Shown here one piece after another: positions 1-11,560 of a DNA stretch of 64,000 nt; positions within the stretch are counted from its first letter, which is position 1; each line of letters opens with the position of its first letter. The DNA lies in contig CM102284.1 in assembly GCA_046563655.1 (NCBI GenBank), positions 124,001 through 188,000 on the forward strand, in the 5' to 3' direction. This DNA comes from Yuukianura sp. NJ FZ-2021. Taxonomy: Eukaryota. The translations under genes and the position numbers were made by a program. Below the pieces are notes generated by a model. That model was given only the letters and a program-made list of their open reading frames with translations, had not been told where the DNA came from and ran no database searches.

Positions 1-14
1 TTTTTGTTTTGCAG

Positions 15-458
15 CGGTTTGAGCACAGGACGAGCTATAAGAAGATTGACACGAGAGTGGAATTTCCCGAGCATCTGTCAATGTATGACTACACCTCGGA
101 CTCTGCCATCCAGGAAGAACCAGGCTCCAACCTCCGATCCAGTGGCAACAGACTAAGTGCCAAGTAAGTACTTTTTTACAAGTTTTTCAACTTTACAAGT
201 TTCAAGTTTAAGTTGAGACTCCTAACCTAGCTTTTTGTGACAGATATGTGCTGTATGCAGTGGTAAACCACGTGGGTTCGCTGGAAGGCGGTCACTATTT
301 TACTTACATTCTGCACGCAGGGAGGACTTGGTACAAATGTGACGACCACTGGGTCACTATCGTCCATCAGTCAGAACTCAGAAGTACTCGCCAGTCCAGG
401 ATACTTGCTCTTCTACCACAAACAACTCTTCTCAAAACCCATTTCCATCTCACAATAA
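15..458 (+). pseudogene. 3' end of a USP22/Nonstop-like ubiquitin carboxyl-terminal hydrolase, frameshifted in the last exon (pseudogene, null allele or assembly error)
   Basis: Exon 15-163 reads RFEH...KIDTRVEFPEHLSM. After intron 164-244 the His box reads YVLYAVVNHVGSLEGGHY...WYKCDD. The family terminus EVLASPGYLLFYHKQ follows in a shifted frame after a 7-nt duplication at 371-383; stop TAA 456-458. Confidence 0.8.
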
Positions 459-829
459 ACCAATTGACTAATTCAGATTAATCGATTAACGATTAGGGTA
501 GTTAAAAGTCAAGTTCAGAGGCTCATTGAGTTGAACACTCCCATTCAAAGGCACTGACGCGGAGTTAAAGGGACTCTTTTTATGACAAAAAAAGCAAAAC
601 AAGTTTGTTGATTTTTTTCAACTTTCTAAATAATTTGTCGATGATGAAGTCACTTTTGATTTTTAGAGTATCTTATAATTAAATCTGTAAAAATGAGATA
701 CTTTGGAGAAAGTTGATTCGTCATTTGCAGCCTTAGGAACTTTAATGATTAATTTGGAACTTAAAATGGCAACTGACCAAGTTTAAATAATTTTTGCAAG
801 TGTATTGCATATTTCTCCAACATAAGAAG

Positions 830-2155
830 CATTTACTTCAGTAATAACTTCATTGTAAGTCTTGTTTTCATTTAAAAATTCCATTTTCAAACGGAAACAA
901 AAACTAGAAAGAAAGCTGGTGAAAGTAAGGTGGAGAAAGTGAAATTGGAAAGCATTTGAACATTGAAGTTTGTCTGGACAAGCGAAAATTGATTTAGAGT
1001 TTGTGTTTTTAGAGTGGACAAAACTCAAAATGAAACTGAAAGTGGAGTCAACTCCTAAGAAGTCTCCCTGTTCTCAAGAACTTTCTGTGTTTTTCACACT
1101 CCAGAAATTGTAGTTTTCCTTACGAAATGCTGAAGGAAAAGCATGACAAATGACTTTTTACACAATAAAATTAAGTAAAACTGTCTTTCTTGTCTCTTCA
1201 CATGAAAAAGCAATAATTTCAGCATTAATTGGCCTTTTTAGTCCTGTTTTCGGTTACATGACCTGAAAAAAATGCATTTTTTAACTTTCAAAAGAAAAGG
1301 ACAAAGAAAGTTTAGGGAAAGGATGCAAAAGAAGTGAAATTGAGCAGCTTTTGGTACTTTCACTTGGATTTAAGTATCGAAAGTGCATGGAGATGGAGAA
1401 GACGTGAGTTTGGTGTTCAAAAACCAAAATAAAATTGAAGTGGAGTGAACTCCAATGGATTCTGCCTGTTCTGAAGAACTTTCTCCGTTTTTCCACACAA
1501 AATGTTTTGTTTTTGGGGGTTTGGAGTTGGGATGGTCCCTGCATGCATTTTTTCCATTGCCACCCACTCTCTCCCCCATCATCCAACTCCAAAAGAGTAA
1601 AATCCAAAGAAATCCTACTCCTTCCAGCTTCATATAAAAGGGAAGCTCGCCAAGTTTCTCCTCTTCACTCAATCCAGTGGAACCTCCAACGATCTCGTCC
1701 GCTTTGACCTTGACCTATGACCCTTCACTCTTGTTTTTATTATGACGAAGTGTTTGACCCAGAAGGTCAAGGTCATGGCATTTCCGGATGTTGATTTTAG
1801 AAAATTCAGTTAATCATTGATTAACTTTTAGTGGCATCTTGCTTCATTCGGAGATTTTTTGTGCGTTGGTTGAGGTGATTTTGGTTTCTTTTCCTTTTAT
1901 ATGAAGGCAAGAGGAGTAACTTGTTACTCTTCCGGTTCTATTTATAACATTTCCTATCCCAGGTGCGGACCTTTTCGGCTAACAAAAATTCCGCAACAAT
2001 TTTGTTTTTGAATAAGGTTGTCTCAAGTCCAAGTCGCCTTGAAGGCTAATTCTCAGAAAACAACAGAAACTGCAGATGGATTATCTCAGCATTAGACACA
2101 ATTGGCACTTGGCTTTGAGACAAAATTGCGGGAACTCGTTTCCAAAATTCAAAAC
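830..2155 (+). repeat. Dispersed non-coding module, copy A
   Basis: Colinear with 6250-7300. Shared blocks include GGGGGTTTGGAGTTGGGATGGTCCC, CTTCATATAAAAGGGAAGCTC, GGTGCGGACC and the GTCTCAAG...TTGAGACAA hairpin. Internal duplication of AAGTGGAGT(C/G)AACTCC at ~1040 and ~1438. Confidence 0.8.
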
Positions 2156-2439
2156 CCTACAAAAGAGTATAGACGTAGGTTAGTAAGTTTAGTAAGCAAC
2201 TGCTTTTTTCACTTCGTATTTCGCCATCTGTGTGATTTGACCTTGCTAAGGTAAGTTTACGTGATTAATTGAGAAACATAGTTAATTAACGATTGCTTTG
2301 TAATGACTTGTGTTTAATTTAAGGTATTTGAAGCTAAACGACTGAGTTAAAGCTTATTTTAGATACTTGGGGTATTGACTTATGTAAATTGGCCTTTATT
2401 GTTGTGTTACAGGATAAGATTACTTAAGATTGATTGAGG

Positions 2440-3294
2440 ATGACTACAGCGGCTCGACCGACGTACGATACAGCTCGCGGTGGTTCTGGACGGAGTGAGA
2501 ATGACCTCAGTGCGTTGACCAAGCAGTATTCATCCAGGGATTTACCATCACACACTAAACTCAAATACAGGTAACCATCATTCATCACTTCACTTCCGTT
2601 ATCCTCTAGTACTGTCTATTTAGAACCTTATACTTAAGTATATCTTTTGTTACAGAGTTCCTGGACAAGGCACTGAGGAAGAACGGAAGAACAAGAACTT
2701 CCGAAAGGAGTTGGAGGAAAAGGAGAGACAAACTTCCTCCAAGAAAGATTCTAAACTGGCCATCGCTGGATCCACTTCTGGAATTCCCTTGAAAAAGGCT
2801 AAGATTGACAGTGGTAACCTGGATGCTGATGATCCAATTGACAATTCAGATGTAGATTCGGATGCTGATGCTTCTGACGAGGATGAAGATGACACTGCAG
2901 CCCTCATGGCCGAATTGCAAAGAATCAAGAAAGAACGGGCCGCTGAAGCTGCCAAGAAGGAAGCCGAGAAACGGGCAGAAGAAGAAAGGATTCGAGCTGA
3001 AAATATTCTGAGTGGAAATCCACTGCTAAATTACACCTCTGCTGGATCCGCTACAAAGTCAGACATGAAGGTAAACTTTTAATAAAGCACATTTAATTCA
3101 AAGATTAACTAAATTGTACTAATTAGTTAAGAAATGTAACGATTAATGTTGTGTTTCAGGTGAAACGCCGATGGGATGAAGACGTTGTTTTCAAGAATTG
3201 TGCTCGTTCAGACGATGGGAACAGAAAGGGATTCATCAATGACTGTCTTCGCTCAGAGTTCCACAAAAAGTTTATGGAAAAGTACATCAAGTAA
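2440..3294 (+). CDS. CWC15: Spliceosome-associated protein CWC15; coding exons 2440-2570, 2656-3070, 3160-3294
   Basis: N-terminus [15 protein letters not shown]...[14 protein letters not shown]; middle [17 protein letters not shown] and [12 protein letters not shown]-terminus [16 protein letters not shown]...[14 protein letters not shown]. Canonical GT-AG introns; 5' UTR intron donor at 2251. Confidence 0.97.
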
Positions 3295-3473
3295 TTTACA
3301 TTCAATTAGTAATTAGAAACTAAGTTTATACATTCATTTGATTCCTAACTTAAGCTGCGCTAACTGTAATTTCTCCTTACGATTTTTTCGCTTGACCTAA
3401 CGTTTTTATTAAATGGTATACACTACACAGTTGCCCAGTGGATGTTATCATTAGACATGGACACGACACATTA

Positions 3474-3989
3474 TCAAAAGATGGACTGTTTCTGGAAGCA
3501 TCTTCGCAGCACTTTGTCCTTGAGTATTCTGGCTTCAGCCTCTGCAACGACCTTTGGGTTTCTGTACCTCAAGCAGTATTCTGATGCTACCATCGTCTTG
3601 TAATTCCTTGGTCTTTTTCCATAGTGAAACGTCTTTGGTCGCTCCACTTCCAGCGACTTGTCCAAAGTGGTGTCCAGACATAGACCTCTGCAATAAGGAT
3701 TCCGGACAGTCTCCAACCCAAACTGAGTCTGAACTTGAGCGTCCGTCTGCTCCGAAGTTGTCTGTACTCCGACTGCTACTCGAACTGGTTCAGCTTTCGA
3801 TACCACTGGATTGGATTTGCGACTTTCCCAGTGACGGTCCCAGTAGATTGCCAATTCTATTTCCGAAGTTGTTGATTTCTTAAAGTACGAAGAAGGAACC
3901 CACAATTCCTTTGGATTCGGCTGTTCAGTGACCGTGTTTGGCTCCATGTCTGGAAGTTTCTGCTGGTACTTTGATTTTGATCCTGGCAT
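3474..3989 (-). CDS. Uncharacterised 171-aa protein, single coding exon
   Basis: Uninterrupted ORF, GC-richer than its flanks. The ATG is directly preceded by a splice acceptor (tattttccag|ATG). No recognisable domain. Confidence 0.6.
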   Translation of the reverse strand: MPGSKSKYQQKLPDMEPNTVTEQPNPKELWVPSSYFKKSTTSEIELAIYWDRHWESRKSNPVVSKAEPVRVAVGVQTTSEQTDAQVQTQFGLETVRNPYCRGLCLDTTLDKSLEVERPKTFHYGKRPRNYKTMVASEYCLRYRNPKVVAEAEARILKDKVLRRCFQKQSIF

Positions 3990-4448
3990 CTGGAAAATAT
4001 TTTGTTAGGAAAGGTGTTCAAAATGTTTGGTCAATTTCTGAGAAACTCTTGATTAAACAACTCATGTAGTTAGGCACTCCTTTTGTATATAATCACGGCT
4101 TAAATAGCTTGACTTTTCACGATTAGTGATTAATTTGGAATTGGCTTTATTCACACTAAATTAGTTACCCATCTAAGAGTAATCTTTAAATTCTTTGAAC
4201 AGTACGAATCTTATTGTTGAAACAATTTGGAAGCTGAATGTATGACGTGCTTCAAACCTTCCTAATTCAAATATGTTATTAGCGGGATTTTTCTTTAGCA
4301 GAAATTACATAAATTGACAATTTCAGGGCTGATTGATTTTAAATTTTAGTAAAAAAAAAAAAGAATTGTTAATCGATTAATGTTGATTATTGATAACTTT
4401 GGACGTATAGTTTGACCTCGATAAAGCACGGTGCGCTTGGAGAACAAA

Positions 4449-5596
4449 ATGGCGACGACGACTGGTGGAGGGGGCGGTGGCCTTAGGATATTCGGTGTCA
4501 TTTTGGTACTGTTCACAATTAGAGACTTAATTTCCATGGTTGGCCCTGGACACTCTGCAACTCCACCGTCAGAGGACATCGTTAGTGCGGATACAGACGA
4601 TTTCCCATCTGAAGTGGAGTGGAAGGCCGAGAAAGGGGGGCCTGGATCCAAGATTTCATCTGCCAAGTTCATTGGCCCCACCATTAAGATCCTCTACTGG
4701 TAAATTGATTTAATCAATTACGAATCAATCAACTCCTTGATCAATCAATTGCTAATTGCATCTCTTCCTCTTAACAGCTCTTCCGGTGGGTATCAAAATG
4801 CTTTTGAGCAGTACTCTCAATTTATCCAGGAGAAGTATCCAGAGATCTCCGTCGAAGGCTCTTCCTATCCGCTTCCTCCGTTACGTAGAACCGTCGGGCA
4901 ACTATTGGTAGAATAATCTTCCAGAAACAACATTTCAATTAACCAATTAATTGATTTAGCGAATTGATTTTTCATGCAATTAACTGTATGTTGTGTTTGA
5001 TTCCAGACTGCTCTGAAATTCCTGGTTCTGGGTGCTATGTTGATGAATCAGTGGAGCATATTCCGCCTTGCCGGTATTCCCGAACGAGCCATCGCTTGGA
5101 TTTGTGACAATAAGGTAACAAATTAATCAAAACAGGATTTGTCTCGAATGTGTTTCAGTTCCATCGTATGTTAAAAAGTGTTTTCATTTGTTTCTAGATT
5201 TATGCATCACTTCTGTTTTTCTTCCTATTGAACCTGGTGGAAACGCAAGTAGCCTCAACAGGAGCTTTTGAAATGTACATCGATGGTAAGGTTTTATATG
5301 TCGATTGATCAATCAATAGGAATCTGTTATCTCAGGCCATTGTCGAAAAGTACTAACTTAAATGATTTTTTTTTAGATGTTCCGGTTTGGTCAAACGTTC
5401 AGACAGGCAGATTACCGGTAAGTCAGTTTAAGTTTTCGCAAACTACCGCTGCAAAGTCCGGGTAAACGACTGATTTCTAAAATCCGTTTTTTTTTTGTCT
5501 CGTCGACAGAATCCTCCAGAACTTGTTCAAATTATCGATAATCACATGAAGTTTGGAGGAAACGCGGGTCCTGCTTTTCAACTACCACCATCTTAA
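4449..5596 (+). CDS. SELENOT: Selenoprotein T (thioredoxin-like, Rdx family) homologue; exons 4449-4699, 4778-4907, 5007-5114, 5198-5285, 5377-5417, 5510-5596
   Basis: Signal-like N-terminus; GPTIKILYC-SSGGYQNAFEQY; YPEISVEGSSYPLPP; hydrophobic segment; STGAFEMYIDDVPVWSNVQTGRLPNPPELVQII. All introns GT-AG and in frame. Confidence 0.92.
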
Positions 5597-5879
5597 ACAC
5601 GAGTCAAAATCAATGTATTTCCAGTCATTCATCCAACGCATTCAACGTTATGTAATAATCCTTAAATATGAAAGTCATTAAAGTACTAAACCACTTTTGG
5701 TTGTTTGTAAATTATACGATTCATGAAAGAAAAAGTAAAGTCAATAACAATTTTGAATCTTATTGTTTCAACTATTTGATTTATCTCATCATCGTTGTCT
5801 CACCTTCCCCAGATTTTTGAAACCGCGCTAAATTCGAAATTGAATAATAAAGTGACAACTTTGAATGACATAACTTCGA

Positions 5880-7300
5880 CTTCTTATTTTGTTTTGATTT
5901 TGATTTTTGTTTTTTGAAAAGAGTTGGCGCACTTTGTCTCAAGTTCAAAGTTGAGCAATGTCTAATGCTGAGATAACCATGTCAGCAGCTTCTGTTGTTC
6001 TCCGAGGATTAGCACTTGAGAAGAAAGGACAAAACCAAAAGTTGTCGGAGCAGGACTCGGTGTGTTTTGGTTTTCTGTGCACAAAATGGACTGCGCATGT
6101 TTCATCCTCGCTTGAGAATACACAAATGTTCAGGGCCGTGTGGTACAACGTTACGGCCCATCTTCTGAATAATTTTTATAAATAATAATAAACAATAATT
6201 ATTATTATTAACATCATTCAGTGTTAAGAACTTTAAATTACAGTTAAACAGAATGAAATAATTACTACCTACAAGTGTATTTCATGTCCCTTAACCACAA
6301 AAAAAACTAATTTCAACACAACTTCCATTTTTTTCGTTTCAGCTATGGTTAAACAGTGGCTTTTCTAATTTAAACCAAACCTACAAAGAAAGTTCCTGAA
6401 AATAATGCAAAGACAGTGAAATTTGAAATGATTTTTAACTTTTAATTTGTTTGAACAAGCGAAAATGGATTTCGAATTTTTGTTTGTGGAATTGAAAAAA
6501 AACGGAAACAGAAAAAAAGTGGAGTGAACTCCCGCACACTCTTCCTGTTCTCAGCAACCTTCTATGCTTTTCACACACAAAAAATTCACCCAACTTGTTT
6601 TGGCGAAGTGATGATAGAAATTTCATCACGAATGACTTTTTACACAAGAAAATTCTGACTACCGTAGTTTTTGTTTCTTCACAAGACACTTTCATACAAA
6701 AAGTACAAAGAAAGTTAGAGAAACCTAAGGATGTAGGAAAAGTGAAATTGGAAAGGTTGTTGTACTTTTATTTAGATTTGAGAAGCGAAACTGCATGGAG
6801 AAAATTTGAGTTTGGTCTACAAAAACAAAAATAAAATTGAAGTGCAGTCAAGTCCAATAGATTCTGCCGGTCCTGAGGAACTTTCCACACAAAAAGTTTG
6901 AATTTTGGGGGTTTGGAGTTGGGATGGTCCCTCCATGCATTTTTTCCATTGCCACCTCACGCCCTTCACCACCCCCAACTCCAAAAGAGTAACACTGCTA
7001 CTCCTTTCGTCTTCATATAAAAGGGAAGCTCCACAAATTCTCTACTCCTCTCAACTATTTATGTGAATCTCATCCTGGGTGCGGACCGAGAGAGCGAACA
7101 AGCTGCTTTTACAACTTTTGTTTTTGTCATTTCGTCTCAAGTCAAGTGCAATCCAAGTTATGTCGAAGGCTAATCCTCGAAGAACAACAGAAGCTGCTGA
7201 CAGCTTATCTTAGTATTAGACACTGCTGAACTTTAAACTTGAGACAAAGTGCAGGAACTCTTTTCAAAAAACAAAAGTCAAAATAAAAAAAAAATAGAAA
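5880..7300. mobile_element. Putative non-autonomous foldback/MITE-like element bounded by ~140-bp inverted repeats; contains copy B of the dispersed module
   Basis: 5880-6020 (TTTTGAAAAGAGTT..GCACTTTGTCTCAAG...GCAGCTTCTGTTGTTCT) is the imperfect reverse complement of 7165-7300. 6250-7300 matches 830-2155. No TSD or transposase seen. Confidence 0.5.
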
Positions 7301-7466
7301 TTCAAATGAAAAGAAGACAGATGTGTCAACAGCTGACCTCACTGAGTCACTAGCTTACGTGATTACGATTAGTTACCAATTACTTAACTAATTAGTAGTT
7401 AGTTAAAGTAATTACTCTAATTAGCCACAAAATTAAAAGGTGTTCAAAATTAAGTAGTGGAGCAAG

Positions 7467-9978
7467 ATGTTGTCGCGTTTTAAGAATGTGATTCTGCATG
7501 CAGCCGGGGCAGACAATGCCTTCACACCGATTGGTCCTCTGTCGGGGTCAACGGCGGGGTCAAATGGATCTGGTCCTTCCGGGTCAACCGCGAAGAAGTC
7601 AGAAGGCTCTTCCAAGAAACCACCAAAGTACGAGTACACTCGACCTGCCTTCCTCAAGTTGACAAGTCAAGACGAAATCCTCGTATCGGCAGATCACATG
7701 GTGAGGCCTATTCTGGTTCCAAGGGATATCACTGCCCTTCCATGGTCAACAGGATATGCAGAGTAAGTCTCACTTCTTTCTTTTCTCAGGTTAATTGATT
7801 ATTTAATTAGTTCTGATTTTAATTATAGGACGATAAACTCTGGAAAGTCCAAGAAGAATGAGGATCAGGCTAGTTTTCATGAGGGCGTAATCAAGGCTCA
7901 CTACGACGACGTTCGGGATGTGTCGGAAGAATCCAAAGCAAGGGGATTGGAAGGGTCTTGTACAGTTGACGTTCCCTACTACTACTTTGGAATGTTTGGT
8001 AAGAACTGCCCAAGTATCATGTTCAATTGTGCTTTTTTTGGGAATATGTTGACAACCTTCTTGTTTTTAGATGGACATGCTGGCCCAGGAGCAGCAGTAG
8101 TCGCTGCATCACAGCTTCATAGCATCATTCGAGTAAATTATACTAAAAGAGTACTTAATCCTTCACTGAAATCTTGAAGATAGTTTTACAAAAGCTTTTG
8201 TTCTGAATTTGTGCAGGACAAACTGACTGAAATTAGCCACCACATTATATATAGTCATCCATTCCACACTGGATATGGAGCTAAGAACGAAGGGATTCCC
8301 TGGATACCGCAAACAAGTATTACAAATGAGGCACTAATCGTGGGTGCACTGGAAGCCGCATTTGAACAAATGGTAAGCCAACTACCGAACAAATGACTTC
8401 TAATTCTAAAATCTTACCTCAGGCACAAGGAATTGCAAGAATTTTATGAAATTTACAAGTAATTACTATTAATTAGTTTGGATTTTTGATTACAGGATGA
8501 ACAGATTGAGAGAGAGGGGAAGATTTACGAGGGAGTGAAGGGCGGGTGCACTGCAGTCGTGTGTTTATTTATTCTGGGTAAAATATTTATTGCCAACGCT
8601 GGAGACTCGAGGGCCGTTCTGTGCCGGAGGAATTACGACGCTCTCCAGCTTTCAGAAGACTTTACACCCGAGAGTGAACGAGACCGAGTACGCCATGTAG
8701 TAAGTCAACTTCAAATATTAACCTAAAATATTCAAATAGTTTAAAAATAATTAATTCAAAATTATATATCCAATGTTTTGTAATTTGCAGGCAGAAGATA
8801 ATCCTCATCTCCTTGGCAGTGAATTCACTGCCCTTGAGTACGCCCGCCGCCCTGTCCGCAAAGACATTGGTTCCAAAATTCTTTACCGTGGGGGTCACAT
8901 GACAGGGTGGGCATACAAAGTAGCCACGGAAGAAGATCTTCGATTTCCAGTCGTCTTCGGTTATGGTAAAAGAGTAAGTAATTCATTCTTTTCAATTAAT
9001 TTCCTAATCCTAACTATCATCGCATTAGAAATTAAAGAATTATCACACTTTTTTTGTGATTTGCAGAGTCGAGTTCTTGCTACGATCGGAGTAACAAGAG
9101 GATTCGGAGACCACGATCTCACTGCACATGGATCTTCAGTCAGAATTAAACCATTCCTCAAATCTCAACCAGAGGTAGATCAAATCATAACAATTAACTA
9201 ATTAATCAAGCAATTAATTAGTTAATCACAATTAACTCTGTTTTAGGTTCGTGTGATAGACTTGAAGAACTTGAACTGCGGAGAAGACGACGTGATTGTG
9301 ATGGGGACAGACGGTCTTTGGGATGTGACTTTGAACAACACTGCTGCCAGCATCATCTTCTCCACTGTTGACCAGTACCCTCCAACTGACCCCGTTCGAC
9401 TCAAGTACCGCTACATCTCTGCTGCACAAGATCTCGTAATGTATGCTCGTGGAAAGTTCATCAACAGGAACTGGAGAATGGCTGATGGTTCAGGTACTTG
9501 TCGCAGTCAAGACTGTTTTTAGGCAAGATTAATCAGTTAATTAACAATTAAGATTAATTGATTACTTTCTGCTGTAGCTGCAACGATTGACGACATTTCA
9601 GTATTTGTTATCCCCATTTGGCCCTACAAGATCCAGTCTGAGTTTAAGAAACTGGAGACAGAGGAATCCAACTTCCAAGGTTACGTCAATGGAAACGGAG
9701 TTCATTCGGGGATTGACGCAGACGTCAACGGAGTTCATTTTGGAATTGACGCAGACGTCAACGACAACTCTGACGCGAGTGTTCTCAACGGAGAGGAGGT
9801 TGATCTGGTAGTACGACCTGGACTGCCGTCAACGTCAAATTTCAAAGACGTCACTTCGCCGTCAGCGTCAAATTTCAAGGACGTCAATACCATTATGGAC
9901 ATGGACGATCCACTCCAGTTCCAAAACAACCAAGATTGTGTGGAAGACCCTCCAGGGAAATCAGCTGATGAACATTAG
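7467..9978 (+). CDS. PPM1H: PP2C-family phosphatase, PPM1H/PPM1J-like (~9 exons)
   Basis: Motifs YTRPAFLKL, LPWSTGYAETINSGKS..NEDQA, FDGHAG, GGCTA, ANAGDSRA, RVLATIGVTRGFGDHDL, GTDGLWD and ATIDDISVFVIP. Spliced frame closes at TAG 9976-9978. Confidence 0.93.
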
Positions 9979-10525
9979 CATTACTTCCATGGTAAGCCTC
10001 AAAATTAAGAAATAATTCCACAAATGACGTAAGTCAAACGTCAAAGTTCGAGTAATGACGTACGTCAATATTCATCAAGTCAAGTATTGGCGTATAAGTT
10101 AACTAATTGCAATGTAAATCGTGGATTAGCGTAAATGATGCTGTTTTTGGTTACTTTCTTGAATTATGCCGAATTCTTACGTTTATTTTGGAAGATGCCA
10201 ACAATCGTAAGTTATTTGCTGTCCGGTATTAGAATTTCCCGACTTAACAGTTGTCTGTGATAACAATCTTTACATTTCCATTCTTAGCCGCTCTACCGAG
10301 TAATTAACTAATTAACAACTCGCCTTAATTAGGACAGATTTTAGATACAAAGAAGCTAAGGTTAGAGTGTGACATAAAGTTTCTGTGGTAGGAAATAAAG
10401 GACTTTGATTTTTTTAGTAACCTACAGAATAATTGTGTGTGTTATCAATTATTGACAACCGATCAGCTGATCCTCCTTGACCATAAATGTCTTGTGTCTG
10501 GAGTCTCTTTGTCACTGGGGACCCT

Positions 10526-11560
10526 TTAGTCTCCCTTCTTGTCCCCTTGGCCACTGGCCAACTTCCTCTGCAGTTTGGCATGCTCTTCCATCAAGCGATC
10601 GTATTCTTTGGACACCGACTGGGCCTGAGACACAACTGCCTCACGATCCTTCTTCGTAGATTCAAGCTCTACATTCAAATCAATGAATAAAAGTATTTAA
10701 TATTTTTCTAGTAGTAGTAGTTGTGGCAGTATGATACTGCCAGTATCCAAGTATTTCTTACCTTCTTTCAACTTGGTCACTTCAGTCTGTACTCGCTCTA
10801 GCTCTTCTCGGCTTCCTTCATTTCCAGACTCTGACATGAACTTCCTGGCTGCAGCGGTGGCTGAAGAGGCTTGTTTCATGGATGCTTCATTCTGGGCCAT
10901 GAGGGATCCTTGGGTCGACAGCAGAGTGGAAATGCGTCGAATCACCCTGTCAACGTCATTAATTTAATTGAATTCACGGACCAGTGGCTGTAGTTTAAAA
11001 GTTTACAAAAACACTTACATGGTTAGGAGGAGAGCGAATCCGGAAATGTAGAAATTTCGCTGCGCACGGAAGAGTTTCATGTGGGCCTGGACCTCTGCCT
11101 TCGGATTGACATTCAAGTCGTAGTCCTCACTCGAGTATTTCCTCATTTCACGCACAGCATCTGAATAAAACGGTCATTTTTGAGTTAAAAAGCCATAGAT
11201 TTCTAGAAATTGGGGTATGATGTTTAACGATTGACGACTTCAATCGCTTGTCAGACGTCAATTTGACGTTGTCATGGTTACCGAGGAAGAGAAGGCAGAG
11301 GAGACCGAAGAGTCCATAGAAGTACAGCTGTGTCTGAGCTCCCAGGCTGTGAAGGATTCGTGACCGGAAGATACGCAGCCACCTACAAACAAACGTTTAA
11401 ATAGCGATTGATAAGGATATTTTCAGAGTAATCTGAATGATTTATGGTCACAGTGACGTTGACGTTACCTCTGGGGGGAGATGCCTGGCAGAAGAAGAAT
11501 AAGGAGAACAGCTATTTCGATATAAAGGAATCCAGCCACGAGACCCCACTGTAAACTCAT
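10526..11560 (-). CDS. BCAP31: B-cell receptor-associated protein 31 (BAP31/BAP29), 5 coding exons
   Basis: MSLQWGLVAGFLYIEIAVLLILLLP; DAVREMRKYS; HMKLFRAQRNFYISGF; coiled coil with KEYDRL; C-terminal KKGD (KKxx ER-retrieval signal). Confidence 0.95.

Noticed and set aside
1281-1707. Cluster of 60-108 aa ORFs on both strands
   Set aside because: They lie in the dispersed module; the second copy at 6800-7050 has stops and indels in the same frames.
5597-5760. Possible SECIS in the SelT 3' UTR (ATGA...AA...GA words)
   Set aside because: No convincing helix II by eye, and the CDS has no in-frame TGA to recode.
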